Below, in pieces: positions 13,601 to 25,485 of a stretch of DNA of 64,000 nt. The position numbers and the translations under genes are program-made. The notes below the pieces were generated by a model that did not search any database, was not told the origin of the DNA, and saw nothing but the letters and a program-made list of their open reading frames with translations. Positions within the stretch are counted from its first letter, which is position 1. Each line of letters begins with the position of its first letter. Origin of the DNA: Klebsormidium nitens (Eukaryota > Plantae > Klebsormidiophyceae); the NCBI GenBank assembly GCA_000708835.1, contig DF237110.1, positions 100,195 through 164,194 of the forward strand. Reading direction: 5' to 3'.

Positions 13601-15456
13601 GAAACGAAAGGGAGGAGGACATGGAGTGGTTACGGAGAGGTTAAGAAACGGGCACACAGATTAGAATTGCAGGATTCGTGAGAGGAGAAGAAACAAGAGG
13701 GTGCTGCTCAGACGATGCCCATGTACACTTGCCTTTGCAGGAATTACACTGCCAGGAACCACTTGTCAAAGTATATGAAAAGGTAACGAAGAAAACGCAA
13801 TTGATGATCATGGGGGTTTGGACTTTGGATTGATTGTTATCAAGAGGCACCACAACGAACGCCGCCAGCAGGTCCAAGCATGGTCTGACTTGGCACTCTT
13901 ATGAGCTGCTTCGTTTGGCTGGATCAGCATGTCGATTGCATCAAACTTGTCTTACTCAGCAGACAGTATGTGATATCAGTGATGACCATTGAAGAACCAG
14001 GATGATTGCAGGAACTCAACAGCCAAATGAAAGCAAACACGGCTCACCAGCGCTGCGACCCAGAATCGGTGCCTCAGTGTTGCCAAGTACATGGCCGCAA
14101 TTGCCGCGGTCGAGCCAACGTCCGTGTAGAACAGGAACGCAAAGAAAAAGTGGGGGGGATAGAGCACCAAGGCCGCTGCTTTGAAGAAATCCTCCGTGCT
14201 TGGTTGCCGTCTGTTTTGAAGATCCCCCACAGAAGCGGTCCCAATGGAGTCATAAGCGGCTTCACCAAATTCATAACCAGGCCCCCCAGGCCCAGTCTTC
14301 CTCCCTGTGAGATCTTCGATTGCGGCGGCTGTGCCGTTCTCTGTGTGGTGTGTTCCCCTCCTCTTTGCCACTGACAATTTGCCGCTCCCAGCTCTACTAA
14401 TTGTCTCTTTGCCCTTGTTGGCTTCTCTATACGTCTTGCTGTCATTACTGCCTATCGGCTTCTTAGATTGCGACTCAACTCCGTTGGTCACTGCGATCTG
14501 GCCCGACCCTAGTTCCTGGCTCCCGCTGTCAACAGCTAAAAGGTGCTCCGCTCGCAACCGCACCTCAAAGGCAACTTCTCTAAAGAGCAGGAGGCAAACT
14601 AGACTGAGCACTATATTGACAAACCGCAGGGCAAAAAGAGAACAAAGTGGTCTGAAGGTGCTCCTAATGAACTTTCCTTGTAGTAGCTGAAACGCAGCGG
14701 TCCCAGGATAGAGAAAGGACAGCAGGAAAAGGGCAGCGTAGTAGAGGCCTGGAAAGGTTGTAATCATGGGGTCCCAGTAGGAGAACCGGCCCTCGCAGAA
14801 GGCCTGGCACTGGGGGATGTGGAAGATCTCGTCCTGCAATCGAGACGCTTAATTTGGCTCTTTGCATAACATTTGTGGAGGCCTGTTGTTTATACAGACT
14901 TCAAAGGGCACTTTGGTTTCATCCCCTGCCTTAAGATCAGTTGCGCTTTTGTAAATGTATGAATCAAGAAAGCGAGGAAAGAATCCGTCAGGGGGTTTGT
15001 AGATCACAGAAGTGCTTTAAGGGGGCCACTCGCTTGCGGATTCATCCTGCTAAAAGACCTGGAAGTACAATCTAGTGTCACTTGAAAGATGCTGTGGGGT
15101 ATGTTCGCAATGCAGCCACTGATGCTTGATGACGTAGTTCGCGTCAACAATGTAATCAGAGAAGGCTGATGACGCAGTCATTTACTAGCCTGCTTCACGC
15201 AATAGACTTGAAGCAATTTGCAGCTATCAAAGTATGTGCGTGCACCACCACGTTGCACAGGAGCGAGTACAGTATTGTTGATACCAGCATCAGCTCGTCA
15301 AGCTTGCATCACAATATCCAACACAAAGGCGCCCAAAGCAAGACAAAGGCTTACCATGTATGCCTGTGGCACCTCCTTTGCAAAGGCATACGCGATGCAA
15401 ACATAGAGGACGGTAGCGGCTCCCCAGTACACTCTGCTGAATGATGCCATCTCCAT
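10646..15456 (-). CDS. ALG10: Dol-P-Glc:Glc2Man9GlcNAc2-PP-Dol alpha-1,2-glucosyltransferase (ALG10/DIE2 family), 7 exons
   Basis: Exons ~15456-15355, 14833-14048, 13540-13387, ~13200-12996, 12502-12298, 11658-11516, 10914-10646. Motifs: YM|DEIFHIPQ, WDPMITTFPGLY, FYTDVGS, FRQTNVVW, NGGIVLG, HPYLLADNRHYPFYLW, EFRYF and terminal QRYMW*. The start codon (15456 or 15450) is uncertain. Confidence 0.92.
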
Positions 15457-15954
15457 GGTGCAAACCACTGTGTTCTCCAATTAAGCGATAAGCAGCCTCT
15501 GCAGCTCAGTTTCGCTGCCACCAGCGTTTCCAGCTTGGAGCAGCAGGCGCCACCCCAAGCATTGGCCAGATTGTCAAGAGCTTGTAGAACACATTCTTGA
15601 GGTGGTTAACTGATACTGCCCCTCTGCGGGTGAATGCAGCTTCCCGTCCCCTTCTGTCCAGAGACGCAATAAACTCCTGAGGGCTCACCATCCTCTCCTC
15701 CTTCCCAGCCTGTGCCTCTTCCACTGCACTGATCTGCTAGCTGAGCTTCTAGTTATTGATTTAGCACGTGTTTGAGTAACCCGATTTTGGTGTACGGAAC
15801 GGCATCAGCCTGCTCCGGTCGAACACCAGCTGTAGAACGAGTGAGCATTATTGCCAGCGGGGCCTCCCAAATTCAAGGATTCGGAAGGAGTCTCTCTATC
15901 CAGTCTGAAGAACCCTGATTTCAACCGTGAGAACTTTGATCAGCTACTGTGTTA

Positions 15955-16469
15955 GGGTATCGTCATTTTGTAAGTGGTAACCCCCCATTCTTAAATCGAC
16001 CATTTTTTTCGAAGCCACCTTTCTAGGACCCCCTGGTGTCCTCCTTCGGGCGACCAAGACCCAAGCACCCCCCCCCCCCCGGCTTGTCGGTCACAGAACT
16101 TCTTCGGGCCACTTAGCCAAGATTTTCGCAATTTTCCCCGCTTTTAAGTGTAGAATTTTGAGAATTTGATTCAAGAAAAGATGCATACCGGTACCTAATT
16201 GGGCACGCACATGCACTGTTTTCTGCATCTTCTCAACCCAACTGTGCATTCGGTGGAAGACAAGAAAGCCCACTTTCTGGTCGTATTGAGTCCATCTCGA
16301 TACTCATTTTGATGATTATGTGGGTATTTGACCAATCAAGCGCCTGTGCTTGGACCTTCGGCCCAAGCCTCAAGCCCCCCCCAGGGCGGCTGAAATTCAG
16401 GAGTGAAGCCTCTAACGGGTACCCCCTATAAAAGAATGGGGGGGTACCAGCTACAAAATGACGGTACCC
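15955..16469. mobile_element. Non-autonomous PIF/Harbinger-type (Tourist-like) MITE, 515 bp
   Basis: ~38-bp imperfect TIRs: left gggtatcgtcattttgtaagtggtaaccccccattctt (15955-), right aagaatgggggggtaccagctacaaaatgacggtaccc (-16469). TTA lies on both sides (15952-15954, 16470-16472). No transposase ORF. Confidence 0.8.
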
Positions 16470-17972
16470 TTACAGAGGAGGGAGCTTGACTGGAGGAAGC
16501 TAAGATCGCTAGCTGGGGTTGCAGGAGGATCGTTTTCCTCAAATCCATCCAGGGGCTTGGCCTTTGGTTCTGATTGAATCAAGCTCTTTGGAAACGTTGC
16601 GCAAACAGCGCTTGTACGCAAAGAGAAGCGATTTGGGATCCTGATCAAACATGTGAGCGCCTGTTTGGAAAGTTGTGGTGCATCTTATATGCAAGAAGAG
16701 GTTTCAAACTTGTGATTGGGGCAAAATGGTTAGATCTGTGGGCCTGTGGCAGTTGTAAAGTCAGAGTAGAGTAAAACATGCATTTCTCAAAAGGTCATTT
16801 TCTGGGGTGATGGCATTGGTGAAGCTGGATAGTATGATATCAAATGGAAGATGTAGGTTCAAGAGCAAGTTCTCGATGACAAAGTCTGGTCGGATGGGGA
16901 TGCCTTACAGGTTTGGTTTGGGTCTGGTTTACAATCTTCAAAACTTGCTTCAGTATTTCTAGATAGCCCCATGGAAGACTCGAAGCTGAGACTATTTCGT
17001 CTGGAGGTAGTTTGGCAGCGTCGTTGTTTGTGACTAGCTGGCACTGGGTACTCAATGGCTAGCGCATGCCGGCGAAAGTAGGTTGATCAAGAGAATGTGA
17101 TGATTTAGGGTTTCTTCGTCATACCAGCTGAGTTGGAACACCCTAAAGGTTCTGTATGCTTTTGGTCGCACTTCGATCGATCTGTAGTTGGTGTTTGCCC
17201 GTTTGAAAGGCGCCTTTACGGGGTCCTTCTGGTCTTCACGAAGGGCTCAGCTCACTGGTTGAACTTTGCCTTCTTTGCTTCGCTTTATGTGGCCCATGGA
17301 TCAAATAAATTCATTCCTCCAGAAATGCTGGGCGCGAGATTCCTGAGGAAGATAGTCCAACATATTTTGTCCAGCAGCTCGCGCGTATCATTGTGTAGGT
17401 CTAAGGTCCCAATCTGGACTGTGATGCTGTTCAAGGAATCAGCTTGTGCCCGTCGGTTTTATGGTGGCGTTTGCTCCTTCGTCTTCTGTGTCTGCAGAGC
17501 TTGGCCTGTCGTTCTTTACTGCCAGTGTTTGTTTGAAGGAAAGCACGGCATTCTGTTCAGTTTCAGTTCTCACCCGCACACACCATAATTCATTGGCGGT
17601 CATTGGCGAGTCTTGGACCTTACGGTCCTTGATTCGTTGCACATGCAGCGAGAGCCCTTGAGGTGTGGTTTTCATTGACACGCCTTTCCATCGGAGGCAG
17701 GCTCTCACAGAATTGAAGTCCTGGACAGAAGCAATTGAGTGTTAAGTGTTTATATCTACTCCCTTGGACATGGTGGTCGAAATCTGGCTATTGCTGTCCC
17801 TTCTGTTTTATCTGGCATGCTTCACACACTTGCAGCGACTGGCACACCTTGAAGAAAAGGTTTCTGGATTCTGGATTCGGGGATCTGGATTTGGGTTTTG
17901 GGTTTGGAGTTTGGGGTTTCGGATTACATTATGCCTCTCTTGAATAACCTTTCTCCTCCGTGCAGCGCAACC

Positions 17973-20900
17973 ATGGCGATCGGTCTGAGCAGCTTCGCGG
18001 CAGCATCGTTCTTCGCCGCCTGCGGGGTCATCTACCACGCCGCAGCAACGCGCGAGCAGTTCTACCCGGCCATGCTGTACCTCGCGAGCTCAAAGCTCTC
18101 GCTCCTAGTTCTCTCCAATCTCGCGCTCCTCCTCCTCTTTCTCCTCGCCCGCTGCGTCAAAACCATCTTCCTGGGGCGCCTCCGCGAGGCCGAGGTCGAG
18201 CGCTTATACGAGCTCGGGCGCCACGAGCTTATGGAGACGTGCCTCGCGCTCACGATCTTCCGGGACCAGTTCGACTCCACGCTCCTCTTCATGTTCTTGG
18301 CCCTCATCTCGGTCAAGCTGTTCCACTGCTTGGCGCACAAGCGGTTGGAGTACGTGGAAACTACGCCCGCACTGCGGTTACTCGCGCATGCGCGGCTGCT
18401 GCTATTTCTGTTCCTGCTCCTGACGGTGGACTTTGCGTGCCTCAACTACGCGGCGAGCCGCACGCTGCACCACCTGCGCCATGGGAACCGGCCGACCAGT
18501 CTCCTCCTCTTCTCCTTCGAGTGAGTGCTCCGACCTGCTTTCGTTGTTTTCCAGATACGGATTGTCCTGCTGTTTCTTTCTGTCATGAGCGGCATACTGG
18601 ATTCTTTGCTGGATTCTTTTGCATGTTCAGAAATATTTTGGTGACTTCAACCGGTTTGCTTTGAATTTCCTTGTAATTCGAGCTCTATCGCGGTCATTTG
18701 TTCTGTTTTTGTTCTTCTGAGAGCCTGTGAAGCCCAAGTACGAGTAACAGAATAGATCCGTGTCCTTATCGATTCGTGTCACACTTTCCAACACTCGTAC
18801 TTTCTGCACATTGCTCTCCAGCTAGAAGGAACGACGAGCTTTCGTAGTACTTGTCACGGATCTTACAGTCGTGGCAAATCTTTGGAGACACCTCGTAGGT
18901 CCGCACCCAGAGTTCCAACACGACGACACCTGTCGAGTTTTGCCTGGCGGCTCGAGCCGCCACCCTGCGTCCGTCCACGAAGGACTTCTCAGACACGAGC
19001 TTTTGCAATTCAGGTACACGCTACTAGCGTCAGGACTGGTGGCGGCTCTCCTCAAGTACGGCCTGCACGCGGTGGACCTGTACCTGGACAGCCAGTGGGA
19101 GCTCAAGCCGGTGTGCATCTTCTACCTGGACCTCATGCGGGACCTCGTGCACCTCGTGCTCTACACCACGTTCTTCATCACCATCTTCAAGTGAGGCTCT
19201 ACTGCTGATCCTCGAGGCTTCTCGAAGTCAGGCTGACTCAGAGCATGTTGATCGAAGACGTGCTCGGGGGCACGGAGAAACCTAGAAAGAAAAAAAACAA
19301 GGAACCACACGCTCCGCCCTCGTACTGACCCTGAGTTCGCAAATTTAAGAGGATGCATCCGCATGACGTCACAAAAGCGACCAGTCACACGCAAATTTCG
19401 TGGTCGCCGATGATCCATAGCATTACGATTAGGGAAGCAAGCATGAAAGGTCTTTCTGACATATTTGGTCGCCGCAGGACCACGTCTGCACAGCATTCTT
19501 TGTAAGAGGGTCTCGTGTCCTCCTGTTGTCTCTTCGATGCCTTTGTCGAGTGAAGTTGCACTTCTTGCGGCATGGCTTTAAAAACCTGTCCCGCAGCTAG
19601 TACAGGCTGCGGCTCCACCTGGTACGCTCTCTCTACAACACGTTTGCTGCGACGCGTTCCACGCTTTTAAAAACCCTTTTAGGATCTTTTGGACGTTTGA
19701 ATGATCGTTGAACCGTTTCCTCGAGCGTCCGAATGACACTTCGTTCTGTCCGCAGCTACTATGGGCCGTACGACCTCAGATACAAAGTCTGCAAAAAACG
19801 CCGGACAACCGGATCCTCTTCTTGAGCGTCCGACTGATAAATGTGCTTTGTCCGCAGCTATTACGGGCTGCCGCTGCACCTTGTGCGCGACCTGTACGAC
19901 ACGTTCCGCACGTTCAAGCAGCGGGTCGCCGACTTTATGCGCTACCGCCGCCTCACCTCCAACATGAACGACCGCTTCGTGGACGCCACCCCTGAGGAGC
20001 TTGGCAGGTAGGGTTTGAAATGGGGTTAGAGTTTCACATCATGCTTCGGGAGTCAGTTGGAGATTGTGTAGCATCAATTGCCAGAAGGCCATGGCCGGTA
20101 AGGTGCGCTATGTTGCCTTCTCTGTGTCTGAGCTTTCAATCCCTGTTATGCTGTTGGTGCTCCGCATTAGACTTTCTGTCTCTCTGGAAGCGGACTTGTT
20201 GCCAAGACATTCAATCGACACCATTGAGCTTTTACTTACATCAGTGAGTTCTTCGATTAAATGGTTGGTAATCAATGTCACGAGCTGACCTCAATTTCGA
20301 AACCGACTCAAAACGTCAATTCCACACCGACTCAACCGCAACCCAGCCTGGCAAATGGTTTCAAATCATCCAGAGTCTCAAAATTTCCCAGCGAGGCACA
20401 AGCTACGGCTGCAAAACGCCGCACATCCGTTCTGCAGGGGCGACGCCACGTGCATCATCTGCCGCGAAGAGATGACGACAGCAAAGAAGCTGACGTGCGG
20501 CCACCTGTTTCACATTCACTGCCTCCGCTCCTGGCTGGAGCGCCAGCAAACGTGCCCCACGTGCCGCGCCCCCGTACTCCCCACCGGAACTCCGCCGCCG
20601 GCACCGGCCGCAGCAGGTGCCTCCTTCTTCTCCTAACTTGTTCTCGCTGTTTCATTGATCAGGTCGTTACTTCTCTCACTTTTCGAATCCCTGATCGTTA
20701 GAATCTGCATTTAACAGTTTGGTAATGTGTGTTGCCCCAATGCCCAAGTTGTGATTTTTTCTATCCTTTTTTTTTGCGAAAGCTACCCAGCCCTTTAGAT
20801 TTACCTACTCTGCTACCCTACGTCGTTGAGCATGTAGAATGTGCGTGAATGTTGGCTGTATGCTTTCTGTACGTGTGCCCTCGTGTCCATTCTGTAATTC

Positions 20901-22670
20901 TTGCATATCCTTGAAGCAACACTGCGAGCACGTCCAGATCTCAGCTTAACAAAGCGGCTTATTTGATGCTGCATTGCCCCGATGCTGATGACCGTCCTTA
21001 ACTCACCCTGCAGGTGCAGCCCCGCCCCACGTACACGCTCCAGGGGGGCACGGCCCCCAGCCTGCGCAACCCCCCGGCCAGGCGGGAGCAGCTGCCCCGC
21101 ACCCCCCTCAGCATGGGGAGCCTCGGGGCCACAGGGTTCAGTATGCGGTACAGTTTGCGATTCCGTTGGGGGGGCAAAATCAGCAGCAGAGGCAGCAGGG
21201 GGCGGGAATACAGTGGCAGTACCCGCAGGCTTGGTGAGGAGACCAATGCTTTGGAGCTTGCGCTTTCGAGAGGTCTCACTTGGCGTTGGTTTCAGTAGGG
21301 CACACGAGCTTCCGTTTTGAAGGGTTTCCTTGCTCGAACATTGTAACAACTGGTCGGCATTCATTTTGACTTGCTTTCTCTGGCCCAGATGTCCTGCTTT
21401 TTTCGCCGGGGCATCGAATCAGCTCCCGCTGGATCTCCTTCATTTCTAACGGCCGGGCAGCCACCTACCCTGTATTCTCTCTCGCTCCGACCGTTGCTCA
21501 CTTTGACTTGCTTCCACCCTTGTGCTATGCACTGCCCTCCAGTCGGCAATCATCTACCCCCCCAAACCGCAACCTCCCCCTCCCCTCTCCAGGCCCCAGG
21601 CTCCTGCGCCAGCCGTCAATATCCCCCCCGCCCAGCAGATCCCTCGGGGGGCTCTTGCTGCCGCCGTGGGCGTACAGCTCCAGTTCCAAGCGCTAGCGGC
21701 GAGCGCCGCTCTCGCCAGCCTGGCGTCAACCGGCCCCTGGGGGGTTTTGGCGGCTGCCGGGCAGGGGCAGACGGCGGAGGGTCGCGCAGCAGAGATTGCC
21801 GCGCTGAGATCGCATGCGCAGGTAAGTGCGACCGGTGGGGTTTACAGCGGGTAGAGACGGTTTGCAGCGTTCCAGTAGGATTCCCTGCTTGTGCTTCCAC
21901 GGTTTTTGAAAACTTATTTGCGGACGCTTTCCGGGTGAGACTGGGATTTGTGGGAGCTTATGATGTTCTTGGGTAGTTCCAGTAACGTGGACACCAGGCC
22001 GAAGGAAGCAGGTTTCTTTGGCCACCTCAGCTGTTCTGCCGACTCGTCTTGCGCGTAAATCAGTCGAACCATGGGTTAAGGGCCAATTGCTGTGCATCCG
22101 GCTTGACGATGCATTTGGTCCTAGCACTGTCGCATGCGGTCGGTTTGTAAGCCCCTTGCTAATTAAGCTGGACATTTCCAAGACGCTTTCGACCACGGAA
22201 GTGGTAAGCGAAGCCATGCAGCGCATAAGGAGGGGGTCAAGCCCTTCGATATCGAGGTGCCAAACGACCCCGTCATGTGGGCTCTTCTGGGTCATTGGCC
22301 TGTCATCCCCGGCGTACCTTTGATTCGTTGAGCGAAGGCCCTTCCAAAGGAGGCGACAGCCTAAGCACTGACATGGGAGGCCAATCTCACTTGCGAAGTT
22401 ACTACTGGGGTAAGCGCCCACGGCTTCACTAGAAAAACATTCAACATTTTCCTGAGTTTTGAAGCCAAGTTTTGTGTTGTGCAGCTTGTGCAAGCCCGAT
22501 TGGACGAGCTGGTGCAACAGGAAAGGGCCGCCGGCGGCCAAGGGGAGCCCCAGAGAAGCGAGCAAACGCAAACAGACCCGCCGCGGAGGGATGGAGTTGC
22601 AGAGGGGACGAACGCGGGAGAGGCCTCGAAGGCGGCGGAGACCCAGCCTGCCGCTTCTACCTCTGCATAA
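17973..22670 (+). CDS. HRD1: ERAD E3 ubiquitin ligase HRD1/synoviolin (TM domain + RING-H2 + Pro/Ala/Gln-rich tail)
   Basis: Exons 17973-~18520, ~19014-19190, 19858-20007, 20438-20616, 21014-21147, ~21600-21821, ~22485-22670. Motifs: LREAEVERL, ETCLALTIFRD, YYGLPLHLVRDLY, FVDATPEEL, and RING-H2 CIICREEM..KKLTCGHLFHIHCLRSWLERQQTCPTCR. The 3' low-complexity exons are less certain. Confidence 0.93.
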
Positions 22671-23808
22671 GCTGTTATTGGGTGCGACGATAGCAATGCC
22701 CATTGTGATGCAAGGTTGTTTGTTTCTGACGGAGGAACGAACATGTAGATCAACAGCCACGTGAATTGAAAGCCTGTTATCAGGACTTGTGTTTGCGAAC
22801 CCTCGTTGATGGACCAATATCACCCAGTTGCCCGTTGTGTGGACCCACCATGTGGTCGAACTACGAGGTGAGTGGTCGTACATACATGCGGCACTCGACA
22901 ACAATCTAAAAACAACAGTCGAGTCGCATATGAGATGATCACGCTTGTATAGACGATGGTCAGCAAGTGATGTAATATTGGGCGTGTATGTGCACTTAGC
23001 GATGCATGGCAATGATGCAACTTACACACATATCTTATTCTCCAAGCGTCTGACAACAATGCTATACCGGTTCCATTGTGTATATTCTTGCACATGGTAG
23101 GCCCCTGGACTACAACACGACGTACCCGGCGTCGGGCAGTGACGCTAGATTTTAGCATGCATGCTTGCGGTCATGCAGCTTTCACGAGCTAGCTAGACGC
23201 CAATCGGCTTGGCGCGGCTGCCCAGATTCTCTCAAGTGACTTCTGTCAACCATATTGGCATGTTGCGGCATGCTGAATCGCATGATCGATGCATGGCCGC
23301 GTCGCGATCTGTCATATGTCATCAAATTCCCATAGCGTTGTTGAAGTAGCGTGCAACCCCGCCTCTAACTCCGCCCGGTTGCTTGATGGAAAAGTGATCG
23401 GGGAGTTTGGGCCGAGATTTGTTTCGAGGATAAGGCTAATCAAAAGTCGACACCTGTCCGGGGTCGAAACCTGGTGCCAACTAGAAGCATCAATGATTGG
23501 TACTTTCAAGAAGTATGATCTGCCCGGTTGATGTGTATATTTTTAACCGGGTAGCCCGGTCGCGCGCTATGCAGCACACTACCGGCAGATTTTAGGTTGT
23601 AGGCTAGTCTGCGGTAAGGTATAGTGTCTACGATCCCGGGCCTCGGCAGAGTTGACCCCCGTACCCGGTGGATGGGAAAATGGAGTTAGAAGTTGAACCT
23701 ATTGAGGTCTGTCTACCCAAGAACCACAGACCGGACCAGATCTACCTACTGTGAGTGACGTCATCTATAGGTCTACCGTCCGCGTAAAGGTGTGTACCAG
23801 TAGACTTA

Positions 23809-24301
23809 GGGGCTATTCGCATGCCACCGCTATCGCTACATTATCGCTACATTCTGGCGGAAAACCGAGAAAATTACCATCGCATGCACCCTTTTCCGCT
23901 TAAACCAAAACTTTCGCACGCACGGAATCCCGCTACATTGTAGCGATTCCGCTACATTGTATAACCGGCCATATACATTCTACAGATTGTAGCGGGTTCC
24001 GCTAAAAGCCGCCGTGGCACATCGAACGGCCACGATTCAATAAAGTTTGTACCCCTCCCTCGCCTGCCAGCCTCCCAGGCTTCTCCGAGTCTGTTTCCAG
24101 CGGGGCTGGTCCACCCGGTGTCCGGGACCGGCCGGCCGGCCGTGCACGTGGAGCTCCGGAATCCCGGAGGTTTGCGGTAATGTCCAATTCGCGGAAAGGC
24201 ATGCGGCCGCTATTCCGTTACCCGGGCTCGGATGAAGAGCCACGTGGTTCCGCTAAAGCCCCGTTAAAATTTTAGCGGAACGGTGGCATGCGAATAGCCC
24301 C
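23809..24301. mobile_element. Non-autonomous MITE, 493 bp, with 21-bp perfect TIRs and subterminal repeats
   Basis: ggggctattcgcatgccaccg (23809-23829) and its exact reverse complement cggtggcatgcgaatagcccc (24281-24301). TA lies on both flanks (23807-8, 24302-3). The internal motif cgctacatt occurs 4 times, with ccgctaaa variants. Confidence 0.85.
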
Positions 24302-25485
24302 TACACTACTACACTACTACACAAGTAGGCCTATAGGTAGTAAGCTTCCAAGGCTACATTAGTAGTAGCCAGTGTGCAGTGTTCAATTTTTTACCAACGG
24401 TTCTATACCGCAGACCGCGCGGTACGGCCGGCGGCCCAAATAGTAGTACCGGGTACCCATCATACGGGTACCATGTCAGAACTGTCAGAACTGGCCCCTT
24501 TAACTTGATTTTGGAGCCAGACTGTGTCAGATTTCGGTCCAAACTGGGAGCGATTGACACTATCAAACTTCTCAAATTGGCTGAGAGCTGCGACCGCCGT
24601 CGATGCGAATATCTACGGCGAAAATAGCCTTATCCCAATAATCGAATCCGAAACCGAATTTGTTGTGGTGGCTTCTACGGCCTCCGAGTTAGAGGCGGGG
24701 TCGCGGGCTTCTTCAACAACGCTATGTCCGTGTTGTCTAGCTAGCGCCGCCCTGGCATGCAGTGCACAGTACTGCATGCCTTATATACAGCACGCATACA
24801 GTCCGACTTGTGGAGGTACAGCCGGGTCGAGGTGTAGCCCCCTCATTGGCCGAGCGGGCCGGCCGCGTCTAGAGGCATTGCATGACATTATTGCCTTCTT
24901 AACCATTAAACTGTTTTGAGTCATTCGAAGGATTTGTATAAGCCGTGGGCAAAGGGTCGACCTGATATCTTGAGCGGTGGCCAAAGCTTCACGTTTGCAA
25001 CCATGTGCACGCAGGCTTCGCCATCACGCGTCTGTCGCATGAGGTAAAGTGTCTTGTGGAATCATGCATGTCTTGAAAATTGCGGAGTGATTACGAGATT
25101 TGAACTCATCTTTCCGGAGGGGCAGCTATCCGCGTGGCACGTTCTATGAATTGACACAATTCTTGTTGGCAGCTTCTTGTACAGAACGGGTCAGAGTTTG
25201 TCACCCCATCGCCGCTGAAGTTACTTCCAGCAGCACCAATATTATTGCTTCTTGTGTTTTCTTAAATGGAGCAGACGAGCAGCGTGACGGCTTGAAAACA
25301 GACGGCCTTTCCCTTGCTTTGCCAAGTCTCTGCAACCAACAAGAGCACGGAAATCAGCTGATAAAAATGCAATGAATGCCTTTTTGGCAATAGCCCCCGC
25401 AAGAAGCTAAGGCTGAAAGAAACAGATTGACGCTTCCCTACGCTTGCTCAAAGATACGTCTTTCCATCCTCTTCTATATATACTT

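Noticed and set aside
15506-15724. 72-aa ORF upstream of ALG10 (uORF or extra exon)
   Set aside because: No recognisable motif, and the ALG10 N-terminus is complete without it. It cannot be supported without transcripts.
16780-17720. Short ORFs between the MITE and HRD1
   Set aside because: I could not assemble a consistent exon chain or find any family motif. Left unresolved.
21726-23012. 428-aa minus-strand ORF
   Set aside because: It is antisense to HRD1 3' exons and introns, has no recognisable motif, and the plus strand carries proper splice signals. Most likely a shadow ORF.
23550-24460. Larger element or Helitron end around the second MITE (gtctgcggta..tag vs ctataccgcagac inverted similarity)
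   Set aside because: The match is short, with no TSD or convincing CTRR terminus plus hairpin.
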